Below are positions 1 through 13,479 of a stretch of 64,000 bases of DNA, piece after piece (positions within the stretch are counted from its first letter, which is position 1; each line of letters opens with the position of its first letter). The position numbers and the translations under genes are program-made. The stretch is from Malacoraja senta (Eukaryota), in assembly GCA_038087875.1 (NCBI GenBank), contig CM075980.1, forward strand, positions 11,222,001 to 11,286,000. The letters run 5' to 3'. A model generated the notes under the pieces. It saw only the letters and a program-made list of their open reading frames with translations, ran no database searches and was not told the DNA's origin.

Positions 1-418
1 AATTGCTGCGTTCTTTTTATTCATTCACAGGATGTGGCATTGCTGGCAATACTTCCACCAGCAGTTGCTCCAGAATTGAGAAGGTTGTTAACAGCCAAAC
101 ATAATGGAGGGTCTAGAGTCACTTATAGGCCAAATTGGATAAGTATTGTCAGTTTCCTTGTAGATTACCTTCTCATCTGAGAAGTAGGTAGGTTTGAACA
201 AAATATCCAATAGTTCCAAGGTTGTAATCATGATTTAATTTAAAATAAACGAGATTTATTTAATTCATTGAAATTAAATTCCCCAGCTGCCACGGTGAGA
301 CTCAAAGTTACGTCTCTGGATCGATGATTCAGAACTCCGACTGATAGTTCAGTAATTCAACAAATTAAACTATGCTATGTACCCAGCATACAACATTTAA
401 CTGATGTTCCATCCTTAC

Positions 419-565
419 CAGCTGAAAGTAAAGTCTTCCCTGTACAAGTAAAATGTTCCTCATCAATATTGAAAGCGACTGTGGTTTGGAGGTATTTGCA
501 GTCATAGCTGATTGTAGCAATGAAGTGCCTGGTGATGTACTCATAAAGCCTCCAGCCATCACTAC
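419..565 (-). CDS. TOP3B: TOP3B coding exon 11 (SDGWRLYEYITRHFIATISYDCKYLQTTVAFNIDEEHFTCTGKTLLSAG); gene continues beyond the window
   Basis: LYEYITRHFIAT motif; cag acceptor, gtaagg donor; 147 nt. Confidence 0.96.
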
Positions 566-3231
566 CTGGAACAGCAGTCAATATAACAATAGGTTAGAGG
601 TAAGCTGGAGTTCAAATTGACGGTGACAGGAGAATCAGATCTCTCCAGTTTTAGTCCAATTGGGCTTGTGCATCCTCACATTACTAATACAATCATTACA
701 AAAATTACTTTGAATCTAAAGCTCTTCAAATGTTTGATAGGTCATTTGTTCTGAAGGAAACCTACTTTTATTGACAAAATGCTTTTGAAATGGGAAATGG
801 TAAAATTAGTACCTAATCTTATTTAAAGCAGAAAATCACAAACCACTGCGTGAAACTTCACTCGTGCTCCATGAATGCCTCAATTTTCAATTATATTTTT
901 GAGTTTACATTCTGCAATTCAATCCCATTTACAAGTAGGCTCATTTAGTTTTTGGATTAAAAAAAAATACTACGCGGTGTTTTGTTTCTGCTGTATTCCC
1001 AAATCCCATTCAATTTCTTATAAATCAAATCTTGTCAACTATTGGCTATTGAAAAGTGCTTGCATCTGGAAGTAGTATGAAAAAACCTATACAATCATAA
1101 TGTTAGGTCAATCAGCATCTATAAGTAATCTTCTATTTAAAAAAAACTAAATTTAAAAATGTTGCTTCGGAGCAACTTGGTACAATGAATAAATAGAGAA
1201 GTGAAGCTGATTATCTAAATAGCCAACCTCTGTCAAAGAGCGGATAAAATCAGTTTCAGCACGTAATCTCACAGGTATAATTACCAGCACAAATCAAAGG
1301 AAAACAAATCAAAAGCAGGAAGCTTTGCTGGTTTATTTTCTAAGCACAGCATGTACAGCAGCACAGCCATGTCAATTGCTAATTGCTAACTTTGCATTGA
1401 TTTCCTGCAGAGCTCACATCCAAAATCAAAAGATTGCCAATTTAGCATTGCAAGATCCAATCTGGAGATAGGTTTATTATTTACAGCCACATTTCTCTAG
1501 CACTCCTGAAAATGCAGATATTCAAAATAACATTACACCTTCTCAAACGATTTCAGGATTTACACCTTCACAGCTCTATTTGGGAGCTTTTACCACATTT
1601 CATGCAAGTAATTCAAATTTGTCTATTACCTCGAAACGATATTTGTTTAGTCTAATTTTGCAATATAAGTAATGCCTATCTTTAAGTTGTAGAGTGACCA
1701 GACCTCCTAATAATATTGGGAAGGACCAACTAAAAGGAGCTTTGTCTCAAAATGCATCAAATTTCTGCCAAGATTTAATTTGACCCAGTTTTCAAGTTTG
1801 CTGCCTGGTGATTTGAGTGAACAGATTGCTTAGGCTTGGAGTTGACTGAAAGATAATTACTGCCCCAGCACTAGGCAACGGTTGTCATGGCAAGTACCAG
1901 CCTGAGTGTATAATACTGCATTTTGCGAACTGAGAATTTAAACAGCAGAATTATTATTCCTGATTTTATATTCCATACTTTTTGAATCAAATCTTATGTT
2001 TTTTCCCCTACGTAATTGCCCCTGGCATCTGCAGCATTCTAGCCTAGCCTATAATATTCTGAGAGGATTTACCCTAAGGCAATACTGCTCCTCCATTATT
2101 TCTATTGCATTGTATGGTTAATGTGGTTTCTAAAAACAAAATGGCCTGATCTCACAATAACAAAGGTTAAATTTTAACCACCTTACTGACCAGCAAGAAT
2201 GAGGTGGCGGGGTAATGCAAATCAAATTCTGCCGCTACTATTTCCAAGTAGCAAAGAGTGGAGATTTCATGTGTCCACCAAATGAAGTCAGGCTAAGTAA
2301 ATGACCCAATTTAAGTTCCAAAATTGCTTTGTGATTTTTGGAATGATTCAAGAAAAATGCACCCAGCATCAAACCAGCCAGGAAAATCTGGGGAAATCCA
2401 GAAAAGGCTAGAAGTATCCTAACAAATAATTCATATTGATGGAAGACAGGGGCACACAGAAATGCTCTTCCTTTGACCATTCTCACACCAACACTGGTCT
2501 GCAACCTAAAATGCTTACAGCAGCTTTTATTTACCTCAGTGCCAGGATTGAAATTAGTTTTAATTTCCATATTTATTTATTATTTAAAAAGTTGAATATT
2601 TTTATTCCATATATTTACAGCTTTCCTGCTAACCTCTACCCTTACTCGTTCAATTTCAAATCTTAGAATGCATTACCATGACTGAACTACTAACCCACAA
2701 TTAGATAATCTGTCCAAGGTATTTCATCACATGGCCAGATCCAGCAATAATACCAAGATAAACCAAAATCAATAACAATACCCCTTTGTAGCCGTAGTTT
2801 TATATTCCTTGAGAAAGTCCAGGAATCCTTTACTGAATTTATTCCCAAGTTTTTCATTTTTGCAGTTTCTCTCTCCACAGCTTCTCTCTCCACAGATGCT
2901 GCCTCATTTACGGAGTATCTTCCACATTTTTTAAGATTTTAAGTCATTTAAGTAATTCCATTCACTCTGCTCAGGAATTTGCATTCTGTATAATTAATGT
3001 TCTAAGACTATTTTCTGCAAACTACATCACTTGTAAGCCACAGACTGTGTGTACATCTGACTCCATGATTTAATATTTATCCACCAAGGCCACAGCACTG
3101 AACAAAATCCTATCCAAACTCCAGGCCCATGAAATTCAGTGGTGATTAATAAACACAAACATCGCAGGTTTGTGGCCCACACACGGACTAAGTTTGGACA
3201 TGTTTGTTGTTGTAATGTAACACAGACGTAC

Positions 3232-3337
3232 CCAATTCAGCTTCTGTAGCTGAACGCATTGGGGTGATGGGTGGATGATCACCAACGTCCTGACCCTTCC
3301 GAGGACGATTAATGCCTTCAGTAAGTAAAGCCTTCAC
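3232..3337 (-). CDS. TOP3B: TOP3B coding exon 10 (VKALLTEGINRPRKGQDVGDHPPITPMRSATEAELG)
   Basis: DHPPITP motif; tag acceptor, gtacgt donor; 106 nt. Confidence 0.96.
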
Positions 3338-3810
3338 CTACAAAATAATTTAACTCTATTATTGCCAGAAAAGTGATTTCACCTTTATCTCACTATTCAT
3401 TTTAATTTCATCTTTCAAAGTAATTATTAGGATAGGGTGACAAAATAAAACTAGTACAACCAACAATAGATAGGCATTCAGAGTTTTTGATGAGCAAGTA
3501 GAGAGTAGAACAAAGAAAAAAAAGCTACCATTTTCAGACAGAATGGGAGCAGCAAGGTGCGAGTGTGTCTATTTTCACTTGCCATTTTAAATTATTTTTG
3601 AAGCCATAGTTGCAAAACAAATGACTGAAATAATTATGTTGGTTGTATCTCCGTTAAAAAGTAGAACAACAGAGACTGGAGTAAACCCATAACACTTTGA
3701 GGAGGAGGAACGGCACATGTTTACCAGCACTACCAGATTCAAAGCGCTTTGGGGCATCCTGAAAAAGACTTCAAAAGATGCTATGTATATGTAAGTCTCT
3801 TTTTACCAAC

Positions 3811-3965
3811 CACGTCACTCCAGTTGATGTTATTTGCTTGCTGTCGGAGGGTTGCTTTGAGGTCGAAGCTTTCTGGATATTGTGTGGTCTCTGTTCGAGG
3901 GTAACTGATGTATCCTTGAGTGTAGAGTTTCTCAGCTATTTGCATGGTATGCTGTGGGGCCATCC
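3811..3965 (-). CDS. TOP3B: TOP3B coding exon 9 with the catalytic tyrosine (MAPQHTMQIAEKLYTQGYISYPRTETTQYPESFDLKATLRQQANNINWSDV)
   Basis: GYISYPRTET active-site motif; cag acceptor; frame-preserving donor GTG|gttggt; 155 nt. Confidence 0.96.
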
Positions 3966-4890
3966 CTGGTCAGGCAATTATATGAAGGATAATATTATTT
4001 AAATACATCATAAAGTCAGTGACAGAAACAATCAACCCAGTTCATTGTGCATAGATATGCAGCCCAAATAACAGGTCTTAATTTTAACATCTTCCTGACA
4101 GTCTGCTATTCTGCCTTAAAAGCTTTTGAATAGATTGAATAAGAATATTGATTTAGGTTTTACAAACTCAAAAATTTGGAATGCAACAATATATAACTAA
4201 ATGACTAGTATGTTCATCTAATATATATATTTTTTATATACTTGAGGACAATCAGAATTTATTTTTAAATGTTTGCTATTGCTGACTAATAACACCTTGG
4301 TCAAACTGCCTTTAAAGTACAACACATACAGTAACTGCTGTTAATACATGCATTTACATAGTGAATAAAAATAGAGTGCTGGGGGACTCAACGGGCCAGG
4401 TAACACATGTGGAGGGAAATGGACAAAGTTGTCTATTTCCCTCCAGCGACACTACCTGACCTACTGAGTTCCTCCAACACTATTCTTTCAAAATTTCAGC
4501 ACCTGCAGTCTCGTCTCTTTTTAACAGAAAAATCGTTAACAACAAACAATAGATCTATAATTTTCTGTGCCTCAAATGCACCATTATTTTATAATTCTAG
4601 TCCCCGTTGTTGGCATGATCAACCTGTTTACAGACAACCACGGTTCCTTGTAAAACTAAATTAGGTAGTCCCAAACGAAACGGGCAAAGAATAGGTCTTT
4701 ATCCAAAATGCAATTAGTTTCACCAAGTGAGATGCAGGTAAGGTATTGTGAAAAATATTATACTGGCACTGGTGGCATGCTATTAATGTTGAGATAAGAT
4801 GATTTGGAAATGCCTGCTTTTGGCATTGATGCTTTAAATGGTCAATGATCTATTTCCCATCATTAATATGTCACCCTGACAAGTATAGAT

Positions 4891-6560
4891 AAACATAGAA
4901 ACATAGATATTGGAAAGAGTAGGCCATTCGGCCCTTCGAGCCAGCACTGCCATTCAATGTGATCATGGCTGATCATCCAAATTCAGTTCCCCGTTCTGGC
5001 TTTCCCCCCCATATTCCTTGATTCCCTTAGCCCTAAGAGCAAATTATAACTCTCTCTTGAAAGCATCCAGTGAATTGGTATTCACTGCCTTCAGTGGCAG
5101 AGAATTCCACAGCTTCACAACTCTCTGGGTGAAAATGTTTTTGCTCATCTCCTAAATTGTCTACCCCATATTTTGAAACGGTGACCCCCGGTTCTGCACT
5201 CAGCCAACATCGGGAACATTTTTCCTGCATCTACCCTGTCCAATCCTCTAAGAATTTTATGTTTCTATCAGATCCCCTCTCATCCTTCCAAATTCCAGCA
5301 AATGCAAGCCCAGTTGACCAATACTTTCATCATTCATCAGTCCCGTCATCCCTGGAATTAACCTGGTGAATCTACGCTGCACTCCCTCAAAAACAATAAT
5401 GTCATTCCTCAAATTAGGAGACCAAAATTGCATACAATACTCCAGGTGTGGTCTCACCAAGGTCCTGTACAACTGCAGGACCTCCTTGCTCCTAAACTCA
5501 AATCCTCTCGCAATGAAGGCCAACATGCATTAGCTTTCTTCACTGCCTGCTGTACCTGCATGCTTACTTTCAGTGACTGATGTACAAGCACACCTAGGTC
5601 TCACTGCACATCCCCTTCTAATCTGACACCATTCAGATAATAATCTGCCTTCCTGTTCTTACCACCAAAGTGGATAACCTCACATTTATCCACATTATAC
5701 TGCATCTACCATGCTTCTGCCCACTCACCCAACCTATCCAAGTCACCCTGTAGCTTCATAGCATCCTCCTCGCAGCTCACACTGCCACCTAGCTTTGTGT
5801 CATCCGCAAACTTGGAGATGTTACATTTAATTCCCTTCAGTTCCTGCCTCCCACTAGATCCTCAGTCCCCTAGTATTTCCAGGAGATTGTTTGTGTCTTC
5901 CTTAGTGAAGACAGAACCAAAGTACTAATTTAACTGTTCTGCCTTTTCCATGCTTCCTATTATAAATTCACCTTTTTCTGACTGTAAGGGACCTACATTC
6001 GTCTTCACTAATCTTTTCCTTTTTACATACCTATAGAAACTTTTAGTCGTTTTTTGTCTCCCGCAAGCTTTCTTTCATGCTCTTTGCCCCCCCCCCCTCT
6101 TAATTAACCCCTTTGTCCTCTGTTCTAAATTTTCTCTGGTTTGCCGCTTCTTCTGGCCAATTTATATGCATCTTCCTTGGCTTTAACATTATCCTTGACT
6201 TCCCTCGTCAGCTACGGTTGAGCTGCCTTCCCAGTTTTATTTTATCGCCAGACTGGGATGAAAAATGTCTTCACCACTGTCAACCCTTTAAGTATAATTT
6301 GCCATTCTATCCTAGCCAATTCCCGTCTCATACCTTCAAAGTCTCCTTTATTCAAGTTCAGGACTCTAGTCTCTGAATTAACCACGTCACTCTCCATCCT
6401 AATGCAGAATTCCACCATATTATGGTCACTGTTGCCCAAGGGACCTTGCACAACAAGATCGCTAACTAATCCTTCCTCATTACACAATACCTAGCCGAGG
6501 ATGGCCTGCCCTCTAGTCGGTACATATTGGTTTAAAAATCCATTCCATATACATTCCAGG
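4891..6560 (-). mobile_element. CR1 (HER1-like) LINE, 5'-truncated with an internal deletion
   Basis: APE C-terminus GNSDHN, FADDTK at about 5800, LYRTLVRPHLEYC, and a TCTATG-type tail at 4891. A junction near 5836 removes most of the RT. Confidence 0.88.
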
Positions 6561-6657
6561 AAACCTCTGCCTTATGTTTAGCCTGGGGAACTGTACAACC
6601 TAATTGGAAACCTTCTTCCTCAGTCAGGAGTATAAAATTCATACCAATGGATTGAGA

Positions 6658-7066
6658 TATTGGTCAGGGTACTGAATACAGGAGTTGGAATGTCTTGTTA
6701 CAGCTATACAAGGTTTACAAAGTTCATCAGAACCACAATTAGGGTGAATAGTCAAACTCTTTACTCTAGAGTAGGGGAATCATAAATGAGAGGGCATAGG
6801 TTTATGGTAAGAGGGGGAAGACTTGAAAGGGACCCAAAGGAAATTCTTTTAACACAGAGAGTGGTGCATACATGGAAAGAGTTGCTGGAGGAAGTGGTAG
6901 AGGTGGATATAATTACAACATTTAAAAGACACTTGAAAAGGCTTGGTAAGGTCTCAAGAACAGGGATATGGGCCAGACACAGGCAAGCGGGACAAGCTCT
7001 TAGGCAACTTGGCCAGCATGGATGGGTTGGGTCGAAGGGCCTGTTTTGTGTTTAGCTCTACGACTA
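6658..7066 (+). mobile_element. CR1 LINE 3' fragment
   Basis: RGHRF...TQRVV motif and 3' tail GGGTCGAAGGGCCTGTTT shared with HE1 SINEs. Confidence 0.75.
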
Positions 7067-7305
7067 AATGAAAAAGGCAACGTGACCAGAAATGCATGAA
7101 CCCTACAATCCTTTGAAATGCCAAATTAATTTATAGTTTGCACTTATTTCAATACTTAATAAATAGTTGAAGCTGCTTTTTTTTTTTTTAAGTTAAAAGG
7201 AAATAAAAAGTTTAGGCATTATTCATTTAAAATACTCAAACACTTTGATCGTACTCAGCTGAAGAAAAGTAACTCATCAGTAAGAGCTGTTAATGCAAGG
7301 CATAC

Positions 7306-7396
7306 CCAGTGCAGAGCTTGCTACACGTAACATCTCCACAGTGTTCAGGGCCTGTGGTCTCTGCTTCACCTTCTCCTTTTTACTGACAGATTGCAC
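7306..7396 (-). CDS. TOP3B: TOP3B coding exon 8 (VQSVSKKEKVKQRPQALNTVEMLRVASSALG)
   Basis: cag acceptor, gtatgc donor; 91 nt; translated by hand, not in the ORF track. Confidence 0.95.
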
Positions 7397-8449
7397 CTGT
7401 AATAAAACATGAAAATAAATAACCAGGCCACAAACTACCTCCAGAGGTAAAGATGAGAACCTCTACTTTCAGTTGGATGCCATCTATCATAAGCAGGGGT
7501 ATGCTGAGGAATTGTATATATTTGTAAATCAAAAGTCCTGGAACTAACTGCATAACATAATCTGAATGACTGAAATATGTCACTGGAAGTATATCATTTA
7601 AGGTGTTTTGGTTTGTTCAAGGACTCTCAATGATCTATGTACGCATTACAATTTAACCCTGGTGTGTTGGCTGACACATGGGCATCTTCATTATAGGTTG
7701 CAGACAGCACCAAAGTGCTTTATTTTCAGCCTAAAATTCTCTTCTTCCATTTCTCCCCTGTCTCCTTCTCAATTTATCACAATTTCCCCATAATTTCCTT
7801 CCCTTGCTTCTCTCTACCCTTCCAGTATATCATTTCCCACTTAACCTCTTCCCTTATTGCTTCCTCTCATTCCATTTCTCTCAAACAATTGCAATTCCCA
7901 TTCTTTCTACACTCTTGTGTTGAACAAGTGCATTCCCTTTATGTAGTTTAGACATTTCTACTTATCTGTGCATTTAGGCGATTAGTTTGTGTGTCATTGA
8001 CAAGCAGTTATTGCCCATTCTCGACCACTGAAAATGTTAACAATCCTTTCAAATGTCTGCGGACTCTACTTGTAGCAGTTTAAAAATAATTAGTACTTTT
8101 TACACCACAGCAAAATGCAGATAAAATGAAGATCAGAACAGGCCAGCATGTTGGGCCTTTTTCCTGATTAAAAGTTTGAATAAACACGTTGGGCATGTAT
8201 AACAACCTATTGTCATCATGATCACTTTTCCTGAAATCAGATTTTAGATCCAGATTTCTTAAACTCAATGAAAATTCTCAAACTTTAACGTTTTTTGGAC
8301 TTGGTCTGTGAATCATTACATCATTTTTTGATCTGGTTATAACCTGAAAACCACATCCCCATGCATCTTTCCCCCTTGTGATACCCGAAGGGACACAATA
8401 ACTAAGAGCATGACAGGGGCTTACCCATTCCCCCCACCCCCCTACTTAC

Positions 8450-8563
8450 CTTTGTTTCTTTTGTGGACTTTGTCATATTCAGATACATCTGTGCTATTTC
8501 TCGATCAAAAACTCTGACTCTGTCCCAGTCTAGAACCATAGAATCACCAGCAGAATTAGTGAC
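8450..8563 (-). CDS. TOP3B: TOP3B coding exon 7 (VTNSAGDSMVLDWDRVRVFDREIAQMYLNMTKSTKETK)
   Basis: cag acceptor, gtaagt donor; 114 nt; LDWDRVRVFD motif. Confidence 0.96.
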
Positions 8564-8975
8564 CTGGAACAAAACAAGTAGAATTGAGAGTCCAATGACC
8601 CCCAAATTGTTCATTTGTGCTTGCAGAGCAGTTCGCTATTGAGAAACTCATTATTTTTAAAATTGCATGGCAACAGGAGACAAAGTAATAATACCAACAA
8701 CAGCAGATATCTATCAGCTCCCAGAAGGAAAATAAAGGAAAGGTTTGCATCACTCATGTCTAATAGTAGATGTTCCAACATGTCATAAAGATGGTGTCAG
8801 CCAGGCAATAGCCACTGCATTTTACAATTTATTTATTAACTGCCTGTGAATGAAAAATGCTTCTTGGTTTTCGGAAGCTCTCCAAATGTGATTATCACAT
8901 TCTTAAAGGCAAAATATCATTGTGGATCAAAATTTGCACCATCCAAGCATTAAGATTAGAATTACTAACAATGTG

Positions 8976-9248
8976 TAGTTTAATTTAGTTATACAGTGCG
9001 GAAACAGGCCCTTCAGCCCACGCCGACCAGCGACCCCTACACATTAACACTATCCTACACACACTAGGAACAATTTACACATACACCAAGCCAATTATCC
9101 TACATATCTGTACGTCTTTGGAGTGTGGGAGGAAACCGAAGATCTCGGAGAAATCCCACGGGGAGAACGTACAAACTACGTACAGATAGCACCCGTAGCC
9201 GGGATTGAACCCGGTTCTCCGGCGCTGCAACTCTACCATTGTGCCACC
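8976..9248 (-). mobile_element. HE1-type tRNA-derived SINE
   Basis: B-box GGTTCAATCC, V-domain-like core and CR1-derived tail. Confidence 0.8.
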
Positions 9249-9587
9249 AATGTGCAGGAAAAGGAGCCCACAGATAGAACAAACAGCACCCATATATGAT
9301 TAGGTTAAGTCCACAATCAAGTAAAGTAGGTGCAATGGAACTGCCATTCCCATGTGGGTCTCAACAACTATTGCAGATACCGCATGCCAGCCGAATACGG
9401 AAACTATCAGGTGCAAATCCAGCATCTCTTAGGAACTAACCATCTCCTCTTTAAATAAACAGCATATTAACAGTCTTCTAAATAAAGGGCATTTGTCTAG
9501 GGTTGTGCACATTTTTCCTTGATAGTCAATGGGAATGTGTCAGGCTGAAGGGAATACGCTATATACCACTGTGACTTTATCACAAAC

Positions 9588-9744
9588 CTTTGCTTGCAGG
9601 ACCCAGTAAGCCTCAGGCTTGAAAGATTGGATCTTGTCATGTCTCTCCACACAGAAACCAAGAGTGGGTGTCTGGCAGGGTCCGAATGAGACGAGGGAAC
9701 TGTCCAAATTCCCATATTTACCCTGAAAATATTTGGTCTGAAAC
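9588..9744 (-). CDS. TOP3B: TOP3B coding exon 6 ([52 protein letters not shown])
   Basis: Type IA topoisomerase [10 protein letters not shown] motif; cag acceptor, gtttgt donor; 157 nt. Confidence 0.97.
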
Positions 9745-10371
9745 CTGGAAAACAAGTGGAAATGTCAGTTTCTTACTCGGAAATGTTTGTTTTCTGCCCT
9801 CGCAGAGTCCTTTAAAATTTGATGAAACCTATCTCAGTCTATGGTTAATCACCAACACAAGGTTTTTTGTTGCACTAACAACTTCCAAGAGACATTTGTG
9901 TTGATAAAATACCAGTAGAAGCATGGATGATTGAGATAATGGATAGGGCGGAATGTGACAGGCAGGTTATATTGGAAACAAGTGTTTGTCTAGATGATTT
10001 GTCTCCTTATTTCCCTGGGTACAGAGGAGATACAGAGTATTGTAAAGTGGCAAATGTGCCTGTCTTGTTCAAGGAAGAGAGCTAGGTCATTTCTAAACAC
10101 TTTAATATCACTGGTAGGGTTTTGGAAACAATCAATGGGAGTAAAACTGGTGCAAGAGGAGATTTGAGTTAATTAAGGAGAAATAGCAAAGACAGCAGAA
10201 AGTTTGTCCAGCCTGGATGAATTTTTTGATGAAGCAACCCAGAACCGTCACTATTAAAGACGTGGGTGACTGTTTCGTTGGAACATCACCTGCCGCTCCT
10301 CTTCAAGATGCAACACCATCCTAATTTGGAAATAACAATATTTTTGTCACGGGCTCTACTTTTAAACTCTT

Positions 10372-10448
10372 GACTGCTGAGCAATATGGGAGCATCTTCA
10401 TTACATTGATTCAATGTAATGAAGATGCTCCCATATTGCTCAGCAGTC
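10372..10448. repeat. Perfect 77-bp palindrome (38-bp arms, 1-nt spacer)
   Basis: GACTGCTGAGCAATATGGGAGCATCTTCATTACATTGA-T-TCAATGTAATGAAGATGCTCCCATATTGCTCAGCAGTC. Confidence 0.97.
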
Positions 10449-11351
10449 TGGACAATGGTTCAAGAAAATGACTCACCACCACCTTCCCAAGGACAATTAG
10501 GATTGGGCAATAAATGATGGCCTTGCCAGTGTTGCACAAATCCTAGATTAAAAAATTGAAGGAGGAATGTTATGGACTTTGTGTGTATGAATTTTAAGAA
10601 AACTTCCGACAAAGTTCAATGGACGAGTGGATGTTACATCTACTAATACCCCAATGCACTTGCGCTTTCTTTTTATAACGATATTACACATTAGTCTGAT
10701 ACTCTTTTCTGTGCTTCCACTAAGCGTAGTGGGAGATATAACCTGGTGAGTTTCAGCCAGTCAGTAGCCACACTCTGTATCCTAGCATCAGCCGCACATT
10801 CCAGACTCCCAACTCAAATTTCAAGAGAAAGCGCGAGTCCAATGCAGAAACATCAGACTTTCCAAACAATCAGATACCAGATTAGCAAAGTTTTACTGTT
10901 TATAGTTTTTTGCCAAACAGTGAAAATTTAATTTCACTTTTACACAGCAAAAATCAAAATATTGCTATAATTACTTAAACTTTTAAAAAAATTCCATGAG
11001 TTTGTTGAGCAACAATGGCAAAGTAGTGGTATTATTGTTAAAGACTACATTAGATTTGTAGCAGAGGATGCTTAAATGATTCAAGGAATTTCTCAAGAAA
11101 GCAATGTTCTTAAGAATATCGTTACGGGTTCATAATGATTTCATTTTACAGTATATTGGATGAAAGCAAGTGCTAGATTCAAATACCTTACAGGCACTAG
11201 GAGTATTCCGTTGGACTTTTAATCAACAATTTGGTCTTTCTTTGATGATGTTCGATTTATCAAACCCAATCTACTTCATCAAGACGCAACTTGATTATTG
11301 AATATCAGACCTGGTGTTTCTGAATGCTTTATATATACACTCTAGCTGTAC

Positions 11352-11548
11352 CTTGTAAAAGCACAACCCACTCTCAGATCAAGCTCCTGACGTGCATCAA
11401 CTGAGAGTGATTCATTCCGATTAGGCTCTCCTAATTCGTTCATGGCCTTGCTAATGTCACTATCCGTTATAGCACTGAACTTTGCACGATAAATCACCCT
11501 TTCATTTCCACGGGGAATGTTCATAACGGGTTTAATGGCATCCAGTAC
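11352..11548 (-). CDS. TOP3B: TOP3B coding exon 5 ([10 protein letters not shown]...[16 protein letters not shown])
   Basis: cag acceptor, gtacag donor; 197 nt; RQELDLR motif. Confidence 0.96.
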
Positions 11549-11882
11549 CTGAATAAACACAAAAATACACAGTGCAAGTCTGAATGTAAAGAATACATAC
11601 TGTGGACAAATGCACATTCCTCAAAAAAAGTACTTATTAATGGGTCAATGCTTATATCGCAACGAATCCAAAAGGATGAAAATTCAAAATAAAAGGCAAG
11701 TGTGCTGGAAAACATTTTAGAATAGAGCTCTGAAGCATCTTGCAAGTAAACTTTATTGTCACCACTCAGCTATCATTACTTGGCTGCCATTCTCAATCTA
11801 TACAAATATCGACCTTTACTTCATTAGGAACAATTTAGGCAAGATTTTGGCTTATTATGTATAGATATTAGTAATGATTATG

Positions 11883-12183
11883 TAGTTTAGAGATACAGCG
11901 CAGAAATAGGCCCTTCGGCCCATCGAGGCCGCGCCGACCAGCGATCCCCACTCACTAACGTTATCCTACACATACGGGACAATTTACCATTTTACCAAGT
12001 CAATTAACCTACAAACCTGTACGTCTTTGAAGTGTGGGAGGAAACCAGAGATCCTGGAGAAAACCCAAGCAGGTCACGGGGAGAACGTACAAACTCCGTA
12101 CAGACAAGCACCCATAGTCAGGATCGAACCCAGGTCTCTGGTGCTGAAAGGCAGAACTCTACCGCTGCACCACCGTGCCGCCC
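11883..12183 (-). mobile_element. HE1-type tRNA-derived SINE, full length
   Basis: GGGCGGCACGGTGGTGCAGCGG (A box), GGTTCGATCC (B box), tail GGGCCGAAGGGCCTATTTCTGCGCTGTATCTCTAAACTA. Confidence 0.85.
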
Positions 12184-12307
12184 TGATTCTTCTTCTTCTT
12201 GTTCTTGTCCAGTTCTCAGTTTTGGGTGGCAAAATAAAATCTCCTTTGGGTACTAGGAAATGTAATGTGCTTTTTTTAAACCTATGATAAAAATAAAAAA
12301 ATCTTAC

Positions 12308-12382
12308 CTCAAAGCAGATGTTTTCTCCTTCCTTGTCACAATCCAGCCAGAGAACAATGTAGTCAATGCCTCGCCCTTCCAC
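12308..12382 (-). CDS. TOP3B: TOP3B coding exon 4 ([25 protein letters not shown])
   Basis: TOPRIM DxDxEGE motif; cag acceptor, gtaaga donor; 75 nt. Confidence 0.97.
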
Positions 12383-13208
12383 CTGCTCAAAACAGATAAT
12401 ACGTGAATAAATGGGATTAATTACTCAAATTCACTTTGGTGCAATATTAATGGAACAGCTATCCTCATGATCAGAAGTTAAAGGGATCTCTCAGGTAAAT
12501 GATAAACGAGTCATTGCACCATTTTGAAGAACGTAAATTATCACTGATAACCTTGCAAATATTAATGTCTCAATAGCTATATTTTAGAAACATCTCTAAT
12601 CATCATATTGCCATGTGAAAGCATGTTGGATGCGTATTAGTCTCTGTTTCCTTCCTCATAATGGGGCACACTTCAAAAATATTTTATAGCTTGTCAAGCA
12701 CTTTAAGAAGATCTCCGCGACATTAAAAAAAACTGAAAATGAAAAATGGGATGCATTTAATTAATGCAATCAACTCAAAGCTTTGATACAGATGCTAGAC
12801 AAGCAAAATAATTTAATAAAATGGACAGCAAGTAGACAGCACAATAAGATGTTAATCAAATTGTAACACCAAACTTCTGTAACCCCATACCTGCTAAATA
12901 ACAAAAATCCAAATGAAACTACAAAATATTGTATTTCAAAGGGATAAGGAGCATTAGTGCATGAAACAAAAAGTGAGCAAGCAGGTACAGCAATTAATTA
13001 GGAAGTACAACAGAATGTCAGACTTTTTTGCAAAGTATAAATGTTTTGAACCAACTTGATACGCCACAGGTGCAGTGCTGTGTTTTTTTGGAAGGATATT
13101 TAAGGAAATATGTGTTTAGAGATACAGCACGGAAACAGGCCCTTCGGCCCACCGAGTCCACCCCGACCAGCGATCCCCGCACACTAACCCTACCCCTCAC
13201 ACACTAGG

Positions 13209-13479
13209 TAAAATTATTAAGGGATTGGACACGCTAGATGCAGGAAACATGTTCCAGATGTTAGGTGAGTCCAGAACCAGGGGCCACAGTTTAAGAATAT
13301 GGGTAGGCCATTTAGTACTGAGATGAGGAAAAACTTTTTCAGCCAGAGAGTTGTGAATCTGTGGAATTCTCTGCCTCAGAAGGCAGTGGAGGTCGATTCA
13401 CTGGATGCATTCAAAAGAGAGTTAGAGCTCTTAGGGCTAGTGGAATCAAGGGATATGGGGAAAAGGCAGGAACAGGTAC
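13209..13479 (+). mobile_element. CR1 LINE 3' fragment fused to a SINE tail and to the Tc1 TIR
   Basis: FFSQRVVNLWNSLPQKAVE in ORF 13299..13565. Confidence 0.8.

Noticed and set aside
11883-12183. tRNA genes at A/B-box sites
   Set aside because: The boxes belong to SINE heads continuing into V-domain-like and CR1-derived tails; no cloverleaf.
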